Source of the DNA: an archaeon
GTDB taxonomy: Archaea > Iainarchaeota > Iainarchaeia > Iainarchaeales > CSSED10-239
Assembly: GCA_041677685.1 (NCBI GenBank)
Contig: JBAYPN010000037.1
Coordinates: forward strand, 1 to 5,571
DNA length: 5,571 nt
Reading direction: 5' to 3'
Shown in pieces: positions 1 to 5,516 of the stretch (position 1 is the first letter of the stretch; every line of letters begins with the position of its first letter). The notes beneath the pieces are model-generated. The model did no database searches. It saw only the letters and a list, made by a program, of their open reading frames with translations, and had not been told where the DNA came from. A program made the translations under genes and the position numbers.

Positions 1-33
1 AAATTAATTTTATTAACTTTTAATTTTGTAAAT

Positions 34-137
34 TACTCTTCTACACTTCTACTCTTCTAATATTCAAATAAACTACTCTTCTAATATTCAAATAAACTAC
101 TCTTCTAATATTCAAATAAACTAATATTCAAATAAAT
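34..137. repeat. Modular tandem repeat built from the 8-mer TAC(T/A)CTTC and the 16-mer TAATATTCAAATAAA(C/T), in the order 8-8-8-16-8-16-8-16-16. It can also be read as three perfect 24-bp units (51-74, 75-98, 99-122) plus a 14-bp partial unit (123-136).
   Basis: Direct reading gives TACTCTTC at 34-41, TACACTTC at 42-49, and TACTCTTC at 50-57, 74-81 and 98-105. TAATATTCAAATAAAC is at 58-73, 82-97 and 106-121, and TAATATTCAAATAAAT at 122-137. No ORF spans the repeat. It lies 3' of the mutS stop and is followed on the plus strand by T-runs (137-177). Confidence 0.9.
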
Positions 138-215
138 TTTTCTGTTCTTTTTTAAATAAACTTTTTTTATTTCCTTTTAAAGTTTCTAAATTATCTTTTA
201 ACGATTTACCATCTT

Positions 216-2651
216 TTAAAATAATTGTTTCTTTTTTAGGGTTTGCTTTTTTAAAAATATTTCTTCTTCTAATTCTCTTTGAATCAATAAGGCTCTTTCA
301 ATTATTTGTTTATTAATTCCTGAAAGCTTTGCTACTTGGATACCATAACTCTTATCAATTCCACCTTCCCTTAATTTATGGTAGAAAAATAAATTATTAT
401 TTTCTTCTTTTGCAGTCACATGATAATTTTTTATACCAACATAATTTTCTTCAAGCTTATTTAATTGATGATAGTGAGTAGCAACTAAAGTCTTTGCCAA
501 AATATTATTATTCAAATATTCAATTATTGACCATGCCAAACTTAAACCATCATAAGTACTTGTCCCCCTACCAATCTCATCTAAAATTATAAAACTATTT
601 TTTGTACAATTATTTAAAATATAAGCAACTTCTGACATCTCCACTAAAAAAGTACTTTGCCCATGTATGATATCATCAGATGCACCAACCCTTGTAAAAA
701 CACCATCCACACACCCTATTTCAGAACTCTTGCAAGGTAAAAAGCAACCTATGTGTGCTAAAATAAGACCTAAACACACACTCCTCATATAAGAACTCTT
801 GCCAGACATGTTTGGTCCAGTAATAATCATTGTTCTATTATTTTCATCCAAAAAGCAATCATTTGGTATAAAGTCAACTAACTTTTCTATAATTGGGTGT
901 CTTAGTTCTTTAAAATCAATTTTAGAGGTGTTTGTATGATTTGGTTTAGAGTAACTATTGTTTAAACTAACAATTGAGTGACTTAAGATCACATCTAAGT
1001 TTCCAATAACTTTTGAAAGAGCATTTATTTCTTTTTGATATTTTAAAACTTCTTTACAAACATCTAAAAAAATATTATACTCTAATTCATATCTTTTGTC
1101 TTTAGCATTTAAAACTAAATTTTCTTTTTCAAAAAGTTTAGGTGTAGTAAACCTCTCAGCATTAACCAAAGTCTGTTTTCTTTCAAAATCAGATGGTATA
1201 TTTTTTACAGAGAATTTTGGAATTTCAATATAGTATCCAAAAATTTTATTAAATTTTACTTTTAATGATTTAATGTCTGTTTCATTTTTTAGTTTTGCTT
1301 CATACTCAATTAACCAAGAATCTACACTCTTATGTATGTTAACAAGATCAAAAAGTTCTTTTGAGTAATTAGGGTTAATAAAATTACCTTCTCTTACACT
1401 AAATGGTGGTTGAGAAACAATAGATGCTTCTAATAATTTAACTAACTCATTTATTTCTTGCAAACTAGAATTTATTAAATTTAATTTATTTGTTTTACAA
1501 TCTTTTAAACATTCTTTAAGTTTAGGGATGACCTCTAGGCTCTGTTTTAAAGAAATTAAGTCTCTTGGGCTTGCATTTCCAAAACCAACCTTACTAATTA
1601 TTCTTTCAATATCTCCAACAAAGGAAAGTTGTTGTGTTAATTCTTGTTGTAAAAAGATGTTGTTGATTAGTTCTTCAACAGAATTGTTTATTAAAATTAA
1701 TTCTTTTTTATTAAGAATTGGATGTAATATATCAAAATATAATTTTCTATATCCCATTGGAGTTTTTGTAAAGTTAATTAAACTAAATAAACTATTATTT
1801 GTGGAACTATCATTTAAATTAGACACAAGTTCTAAATTTCTAATTGTTTTTCTATCTAATTTTAAATATTTTGTTTGTGTGTAGTCTTTTATGTTGTTTA
1901 TATAAGTAAGTTCACTAAATTGAGTGTCTTTTAAATATTTTAATGCATTATATGCAGAAACTAAACACTCAGGTTTATTGTTTAGACCAAAAACTTCTAA
2001 TGAATTTAATTTAAAATGTTTTTTTAATTGTTCAGAAGATAAACTAGAGTCTAGATTTTCAGAATAATTGATGATTGTGTTTGTTGTACTCTTTTTAATT
2101 AAGTTTATTAATTCAAGATTATTTAATATATTTTTTGTAATTATTAGTTCTTTTGGTTTAATAGAACTAAGTTCATTTAGCAGTTCATTAAAATTATAAA
2201 AGATAGTTGTTTTAAATTCTCCAGTGGTGATGTCTATAAATGAGAAACCAAAAATTTCTTTTAATTTTGAAATTGAACACAAAAAGTTATTTTCATAATT
2301 ATCATCAAATAAAGTACTTGGAGTTATTATTCTTGTAACTGCTCTTTTAACTAAACCTTTTGCTTTTTTTGGATCTTCAATTTGTTCACAGATTACAACT
2401 TTTTTCCCTGCTTTTATTAATTTTGAAATGTATGGATCAATTGAATGGTAAGGTATTCCTGCTAATGGTGCTTCTGTTAAGCCTTTTCCTCTTTTTGTTA
2501 AAGTTATGTTTAATATGGTTGAAGCTTGTTTTGCATCATCAAAAAACATTTCATAAAAGTCTCCAGCTCTAAATAGAAGTATACCTTCAGGATGTTTTTT
2601 TTTAGTTTCAATGTATTGTTTCATCATTGGAGTTAATAACTTTGGATCCAT
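216..2651 (-). CDS. mutS: DNA mismatch repair protein MutS (bacterial-type MutS1), 811 aa, apparently full length
   Basis: The N-terminus TPMMKQY...LLFRAGDFYEMFFDDA matches the MutS mismatch-binding domain, including the Phe-X-Glu motif. Also present are Walker A GPNMSGKS, STFLVEM, Walker B ILDEIGRGTSTYDG, ATHYHQL and the C-terminal HTH-like SYGIQVAKLSGI. The start ATG is at 2649-2651 (reverse complement) and the stop TAA at 216-218 (reverse complement). A T6 run plus TTTAAAC on the minus strand (plus-strand A-run 2678-2683) lies about 27 nt upstream of the ATG. It could be a TATA-like element, the terminator of the tRNA operon, or both. Confidence 0.95.
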   Translation of the reverse strand: MDPKLLTPMMKQYIETKKKHPEGILLFRAGDFYEMFFDDAKQASTILNITLTKRGKGLTEAPLAGIPYHSIDPYISKLIKAGKKVVICEQIEDPKKAKGLVKRAVTRIITPSTLFDDNYENNFLCSISKLKEIFGFSFIDITTGEFKTTIFYNFNELLNELSSIKPKELIITKNILNNLELINLIKKSTTNTIINYSENLDSSLSSEQLKKHFKLNSLEVFGLNNKPECLVSAYNALKYLKDTQFSELTYINNIKDYTQTKYLKLDRKTIRNLELVSNLNDSSTNNSLFSLINFTKTPMGYRKLYFDILHPILNKKELILINNSVEELINNIFLQQELTQQLSFVGDIERIISKVGFGNASPRDLISLKQSLEVIPKLKECLKDCKTNKLNLINSSLQEINELVKLLEASIVSQPPFSVREGNFINPNYSKELFDLVNIHKSVDSWLIEYEAKLKNETDIKSLKVKFNKIFGYYIEIPKFSVKNIPSDFERKQTLVNAERFTTPKLFEKENLVLNAKDKRYELEYNIFLDVCKEVLKYQKEINALSKVIGNLDVILSHSIVSLNNSYSKPNHTNTSKIDFKELRHPIIEKLVDFIPNDCFLDENNRTMIITGPNMSGKSSYMRSVCLGLILAHIGCFLPCKSSEIGCVDGVFTRVGASDDIIHGQSTFLVEMSEVAYILNNCTKNSFIILDEIGRGTSTYDGLSLAWSIIEYLNNNILAKTLVATHYHQLNKLEENYVGIKNYHVTAKEENNNLFFYHKLREGGIDKSYGIQVAKLSGINKQIIERALLIQRELEEEIFLKKQTLKKKQLF

Positions 2652-2710
2652 AATAACTATTATGTAACAAAATGTTTAAAAAATAAGAGAAATTAGAAAT
2701 TATAAAGAAG

Positions 2711-2784
2711 TGGTCCCGGGGGGATTTGAACCCCCGACACATAGGTCTTCAGCCTATTGCTCTCCCAGACTGAGCTACGGTACC
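2711..2784 (-). tRNA. tRNA-Phe (anticodon GAA), 74 nt, no encoded CCA
   Basis: The reverse complement folds as a cloverleaf: GGTACCG TA GCTC AGTCTGGGA GAGC A ATAGG CT-GAA-GA CCTAT GTGTC GGGGG TTCAAAT CCCCC CGGGACC A. It has U33 and G37 (expected for Phe) and discriminator A73. There is one A4/G69 mismatch in the acceptor stem. Confidence 0.88.
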
Positions 2785-2791
2785 TTTTTTA

Positions 2792-2867
2792 TGAGCCCGG
2801 GGGGATTTGAACCCCCGACACCTGGATTAAGAGTCCAGTGCTCTAAACCAGACTGAGCTACGAGCCC
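2792..2867 (-). tRNA. tRNA-Lys (anticodon CUU), 76 nt, no encoded CCA
   Basis: The reverse complement folds as GGGCTCG TA GCTC AGTCTGGTTTA GAGC A CTGGA CT-CTT-AA TCCAG GTGTC GGGGG TTCAAAT CCCCC CGGGCTC A. The acceptor stem has two G-U pairs. Only 7 nt separate it from tRNA-Phe. Confidence 0.92.
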
Positions 2868-2896
2868 TTGATTATAATAACTCAGATAAAATGTTA

Positions 2897-2970
2897 TGAA
2901 CCCGGGGGGATTTGAACCCCCGACACCTGGATTAAAAGTCCAGTGCTCTGCCAGACTGAGCTACGGATCC
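2897..2970 (-). tRNA. tRNA-Lys (anticodon UUU), 74 nt, no encoded CCA
   Basis: The reverse complement folds as GGATCCG TA GCTC AGTCTGGCA GAGC A CTGGA CT-TTT-AA TCCAG GTGTC GGGGG TTCAAAT CCCCC CGGGTTC A. A 29-nt spacer separates it from tRNA-Lys(CUU). Confidence 0.92.
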
Positions 2971-3031
2971 TTTTTATAGATTATTTAAAAAAACAACAAA
3001 TAAAAAATGTTACAATAGTATATATTATATT

Positions 3032-3049
3032 AGAGAAAAGATTTATAAA
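3032..3049 (+). promoter_or_regulatory. Candidate archaeal BRE/TATA promoter for trm56-tfe
   Basis: A purine-rich AGAGAAAAGA (3032-3041) sits immediately 5' of TTTATAAA (3042-3049). The box centre is about 48 nt upstream of the ATG at 3094. That predicts a transcription start near 3072 and a short leader containing the SD-like GATGAT (3085-3090). This is position and consensus reasoning only. The same 123-bp divergent intergenic region (2971-3093) must also hold the tRNA-operon promoter; a weak candidate is TTTTTATTT on the minus strand at 2998-3006. Confidence 0.35.
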
Positions 3050-3093
3050 CTAATATCTTGATTGCTTCATAAAAAAATATAAAAGATGATAAT

Positions 3094-3636
3094 ATGATAA
3101 AAATATTAAAATTAGATCACAGACCTGAAAGAGATAAAAGGATTACAACTCATTGTGCATTAGTTGCAAGAGCATTTTGTGCAGAAGAATTTTATTATTC
3201 TGGGATAGAAGATTATAGAATTGAAGAAAATATAAAAAATATTAAGGAGAAATGGGGTGGAGATTTTAAAATTGAGTATGTAGAAAAACCTAGTGCCTTT
3301 ATTAAAAAAGTAAAAGAAGAAAAAAAAACAATAATTATTCATTTGACTATGTATGGAGAACAGATTATTAAAATAATTAATAATGTAAGCTCTAAAATCA
3401 ATATAGAAAAATTAGATTTACTTATTGTTGTTGGGGGACCTAAAGTCCCTAAACTATATTATGAATTAGCAGATTATAATGTGTCAGTTACAAATCAACC
3501 ACAAAGTGAAGTTGGGGCTTTAGCAGTCATTTTATATTTACTTAATCCTGATGCTTTAAATGAAAAAGATTTTAAAAATAATAAAATTAAATTAATACCA
3601 AATAACACTTACAAAGATGTTATCAACTTAAAATAG
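3094..3636 (+). CDS. trm56: tRNA (cytidine56-2'-O)-methyltransferase aTrm56 (SPOUT family), 180 aa
   Basis: The N-terminus MIKILKLDHRPERDKRITTHCALVARAF matches the conserved aTrm56 signature (L-[RK]-L-x-HRPERDKR-[IV]-[TS]-TH-V-[AG]-L-[TV]-AR-A-F-G-A). The C-terminal VVGGPKVP...NQPQSEVGALAVILY fits the SPOUT knot region. The size is typical of the family. Confidence 0.88.
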   Translation: MIKILKLDHRPERDKRITTHCALVARAFCAEEFYYSGIEDYRIEENIKNIKEKWGGDFKIEYVEKPSAFIKKVKEEKKTIIIHLTMYGEQIIKIINNVSSKINIEKLDLLIVVGGPKVPKLYYELADYNVSVTNQPQSEVGALAVILYLLNPDALNEKDFKNNKIKLIPNNTYKDVINLK

Positions 3637-3676
3637 TTTTGTATCTATATTATTCTATTAAGGGAAAAGATTAATT

Positions 3677-4249
3677 ATGAATAAATTAAAAAAAGAATTA
3701 TTGTTTGATCAAAATGCAATTACTTTTTTAGAACAAATTGCAGGACCAATTGCTACAGATGTTGTTAAATTGTTTAAGAATGGCTCTGAACTCTCTCCTG
3801 AAATAATATCTTCTAAACTTAATGAAAAAATAACAACAGTTAGATCTACATTAAATAGTTTACATTATAGAGGGATTGCTTGTTATAAGAAAAAAAGAAA
3901 TGAAAAAAATATGTATGTGTTTTTGTGGGAAATTAAACATAAAAAAATTGTTGAGATATTAATGATTCAAGAAATTAAAAAATATAAAAAAATTGAAATG
4001 GAAATTAGTGATAAAAAAATACATGATTTTTTTGTTTGTCCAAAAAACTGTATAGAGGTTCCATTTGAAGTTGCTGCAGCATATGATTTTAAATGCACAA
4101 ATTGTAACTCTAATTTGAAAATTGTAAATTCTACAGCAAAAATTACTAAACTAAATAAAGATCTTAAAAAAATAGAACTAAACATTAAAAAATTAGAAAA
4201 TTTATTAGAAAAAATTAAAGATAATACTAAAGGTTACATTTGTGAATGA
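3677..4249 (+). CDS. tfe: Transcription factor E, alpha subunit (TFE/TFIIE-alpha homologue), 190 aa
   Basis: The N-terminal region looks like a winged helix (PEIISSKLNEKITTVRSTLNSLHYRGIACYKKKRNEKNMYVFLWEI). It is followed by a zinc-ribbon pattern, FVCPKNC-x-VPFEVAAAYDFKCTNCNSNL, which has four Cys and the F-x-EA motif between the Cys pairs. The tail is coiled-coil-like. It starts 40 nt after trm56 and has an AAGGGA SD-like element upstream, so it is probably co-transcribed. Confidence 0.85.
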   Translation: MNKLKKELLFDQNAITFLEQIAGPIATDVVKLFKNGSELSPEIISSKLNEKITTVRSTLNSLHYRGIACYKKKRNEKNMYVFLWEIKHKKIVEILMIQEIKKYKKIEMEISDKKIHDFFVCPKNCIEVPFEVAAAYDFKCTNCNSNLKIVNSTAKITKLNKDLKKIELNIKKLENLLEKIKDNTKGYICE

Positions 4250-4265
4250 TTTAAATATGTTTTGG

Positions 4266-4273
4266 TATATAAA
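4266..4273 (+). promoter_or_regulatory. Candidate TATA box for tRNA-iMet
   Basis: TATATAAA at 4266-4273 is centred about 40 nt upstream of the mature tRNA 5' end (4310). With the usual archaeal -26/-27 TATA spacing this implies a leader of about 14 nt. Positional inference only. Confidence 0.3.
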
Positions 4274-4309
4274 TTAAATTACTATTTGTAAATTTTACAT
4301 ATTTTTTAT

Positions 4310-4384
<75 letters not shown>

Positions 4385-4388
4385 CTTA

Positions 4389-4393
4389 TTTTT
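4389..4393 (+). terminator. Oligo-T tract, likely archaeal terminator of tRNA-iMet
   Basis: A T5 run begins 5 nt after the tRNA 3' end (CTTATTTTTA). Archaeal RNA polymerase terminates at oligo-T tracts. Further T5 runs follow at about 4414-4418 and 4436-4440. Confidence 0.4.
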
Positions 4394-4548
4394 AAATTAA
4401 GATTCAATTGCTATTTTTGTTATTTTAATAAATCCTTTTTGTCTAATTATATGTTTTTTAGAGTGGTAATTACTAGAATTAGTTTTCAATTTTCAGTATA
4501 TGTAGGACATATTTGTTAAATTAAAAATGATTGCTTAAAAAGATAAAC

Positions 4549-4575
4549 TAACCTTTAAAAACAAAATAAAGGTTA
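4549..4575. other. Perfect inverted repeat (hairpin): 9-bp stem, 9-nt loop
   Basis: TAACCTTTA (4549-4557), loop AAAACAAAA, then TAAAGGTTA (4567-4575). On the minus strand it is followed by a T-rich tract (GTTTATCTTTTT). Function unknown. Confidence 0.5.
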
Positions 4576-4595
4576 AAATTTGTATTATTTAACAT

Positions 4596-4621
4596 AATAT
4601 AGTTTATTTAACTATATTTTT
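4596..4621 (+). terminator. Hairpin plus T-run, terminator-like element
   Basis: AATATAGTT (4596-4604), loop TATTT, then AACTATATT (4610-4618), running into a T5 tract (4617-4621). The stem is AT-rich and therefore weak. Whether any transcript ends here is not known. Confidence 0.3.
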
Positions 4622-4790
4622 GAAAAATGAACTTAATTTATTCAAATAAGTTGATAATTACTATATTTTTTATTGGGTAATTACCTAAACTTTAGTAAAA
4701 TCTGATGTAAATTTGTTTTAAAATACAAATTATATACATAATATTTATAGTTAATTTTTACTTTTTTGGTAATTACTTATAAATAGCATA

Positions 4791-4869
4791 ATAATTACTG
4801 TAATTACTATTATCACGAAATATAATTACAGTCATTACCGAAAGCTTTAAAATAATTACGGTAATTACT
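4791..4869. promoter_or_regulatory. Three phased 18-bp double sites (ATAATTAC-N-GTAATTAC) forming a candidate operator/iteron array that abuts the promoter of the ORF at 4902
   Basis: Unit A is ATAATTACTGTAATTACT (4791-4808). Unit B is ATAATTACAGTCATTACC (4822-4839). Unit C is ATAATTACGGTAATTACT (4852-4869). Unit starts are 31 and 30 bp apart, roughly three helical turns. Each unit contains the 15-bp palindrome TAATTAC-N-GTAATTA. Unit C ends on the first base of the TATA-like TATATAAT. Confidence 0.6.
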
Positions 4870-4876
4870 ATATAAT
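4869..4876 (+). promoter_or_regulatory. Candidate TATA box for the ORF at 4902
   Basis: TATATAAT at 4869-4876 is centred about 29 nt upstream of the ATG, implying a leaderless or near-leaderless mRNA. An alternative box is TTTAAAATAA (4846-4855), which would give a leader of about 25 nt containing AAGGA (4891-4895). Both candidates overlap the palindromic array. Confidence 0.3.
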
Positions 4877-4901
4877 AGATGTAATAATAAAAGGATAACT
4901 T

Positions 4902-5447
4902 ATGAACTTATTTAAAATTATAAAAAATATATTTTCTAAAAAAGATATAAATAAAGAAAATATAGAGACTGAAAATATAAATAAAAAAGAAGATCAAATT
5001 CATAATTTAGAAACAAATACAAAAATAGAAACTATAGATAACTTCAAAAATACAAACATTTTAGAAAACAATAATTATTCAAAATCAAATATTTCAGAAA
5101 CTAAAATAAAAACTCTACAACCTCAATTAAATTATGAAAATACAAAAATAAAAGAAGTTACTGTTCAAGAATTAACAAACGAACTAAACACTATTTGGGA
5201 TCTGATAAAAATAAAAGAAAACACACAAGCAGAACATATAATAAAATCTCTACCTTCTGATAAATGGACTACTATGGATGAGTTAAGACAAAATATAAAA
5301 TTAGAATTTAATATAGAATATAAAAACGAAAAAAGTCTTTATCCATATTTAAAAACATTAACTGACATACATTTAATAAAAATAAATAATACAGGAAAAA
5401 AAAGAACTTGGAAAAAAAATATAATAATTATTAAAGATAAAAATTAA
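4902..5447 (+). CDS. Hypothetical protein, 181 aa, with an N/K/E/T-rich low-complexity N-terminal half and a more ordered basic C-terminal half (possible winged-helix DNA-binding fold)
   Basis: A 546-nt open frame is unlikely by chance in DNA this AT-rich, where stop codons are frequent. There is a TATA-like box and a possible SD upstream. I recognise no family. The C-terminal part (WTTMDELRQNIKLEF...SLYPYLKTLTDIHLIKINNTGKKRTWKK) has a helix-helix-hairpin-like pattern. Confidence 0.65.
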   Translation: MNLFKIIKNIFSKKDINKENIETENINKKEDQIHNLETNTKIETIDNFKNTNILENNNYSKSNISETKIKTLQPQLNYENTKIKEVTVQELTNELNTIWDLIKIKENTQAEHIIKSLPSDKWTTMDELRQNIKLEFNIEYKNEKSLYPYLKTLTDIHLIKINNTGKKRTWKKNIIIIKDKN

Positions 5448-5475
5448 AATAATAATAATTTCTTATATTAATTAG

Positions 5476-5511
5476 AATATTAACAAATTCATTTAATATT
5501 AACAACTTCAT
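5476..5511. repeat. 17-bp direct repeat x2, AATATTAACAA(A/C)TTCAT
   Basis: Copies at 5476-5492 and 5495-5511 have one mismatch and a 19-bp period. They lie 3' of the ORF stop. Confidence 0.8.
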
Positions 5512-5516
5512 CTAAT

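Larger units (their letters stand above)
4465..4869. repeat. Cluster of palindromic GTAATTAC / TAATTAC sites: 9 exact TAATTAC copies plus 1 degenerate copy
   Basis: Exact TAATTAC occurs at 4467-4473, 4655-4661, 4678-4684, 4770-4776, 4792-4798, 4801-4807, 4823-4829, 4853-4859 and 4862-4868. A degenerate TCATTAC is at 4832-4838. Extended forms are GGTAATTACT (4465-4474, 4768-4777, 4860-4869) and the perfect 10-bp palindrome GGTAATTACC (4676-4685). By eye I find no exact TAATTAC anywhere else in the 5571-bp window. Confidence 0.9.

Noticed and set aside
34-137. Possibility that the tandem repeat is a small CRISPR array
   Set aside because: The repeat units are directly contiguous with no unique spacers. 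The units are 8 to 24 bp and not palindromic in the CRISPR manner, and no cas genes are in view.
1528-1884. 118-aa plus-strand ORF inside mutS
   Set aside because: It lies entirely antisense to the well-supported mutS frame. The translation is Leu/Phe/Ile/Cys-rich low complexity, as expected from reading the complement of K/N/E-rich codons. It has no recognisable motifs or upstream signals and is a shadow ORF.
2360-2572. 70-aa plus-strand ORF inside the 5' part of mutS
   Set aside because: It is antisense to the conserved MutS N-terminal domain and consists of poly-Leu/Phe. It is a shadow ORF.
2715-2926. The three identical 26-nt GC-rich blocks (containing CCCGGG) initially looked like a dispersed repeat or att-like sites
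   Set aside because: Each block is the variable-loop, T-arm and acceptor segment of a complete, correctly folding tRNA gene, so the tRNA annotation fully explains it.
3160-3342. 60-aa minus-strand ORF inside trm56
   Set aside because: It is antisense to the conserved aTrm56 frame. The sequence is dominated by Phe runs derived from a poly-A/Lys stretch. It is a shadow ORF.
3967-4185. 72-aa minus-strand ORF inside tfe
   Set aside because: It is antisense to the TFE zinc-ribbon region and is low complexity with no signals. It is a shadow ORF.
4430-4436. AAATCCT about 50 bp downstream of tRNA-iMet, matching part of its T-loop and stem, as a possible att duplication
   Set aside because: It is only a 7-nt match, far too short to support an integration-site duplication.
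4451-4680. Mini-ORFs in the intergenic region: a 22-codon ORF at 4451-4519 and a 17-codon ORF at 4627-4680. The second starts with ATGAACTTA, the same nine bases as the ORF at 4902.
   Set aside because: They are too short, have no convincing SD or TATA spacing, and give hydrophobic low-complexity translations. The 9-nt identity of the start regions is weak evidence in AT-rich DNA. I note it only as a possible remnant duplication.
4385-4901. Chromosomal replication origin (oriC) interpretation of the long AT-rich intergenic region
   Set aside because: This is not adopted as the primary call. No orc1/cdc6 gene is adjacent within the window. The repeated sites are short perfect palindromes rather than ORB or mini-ORB-type elements with a G-string. 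They also cluster on a promoter instead of flanking an unwinding element. Origin activity cannot be excluded without marker-frequency or GC-skew data.
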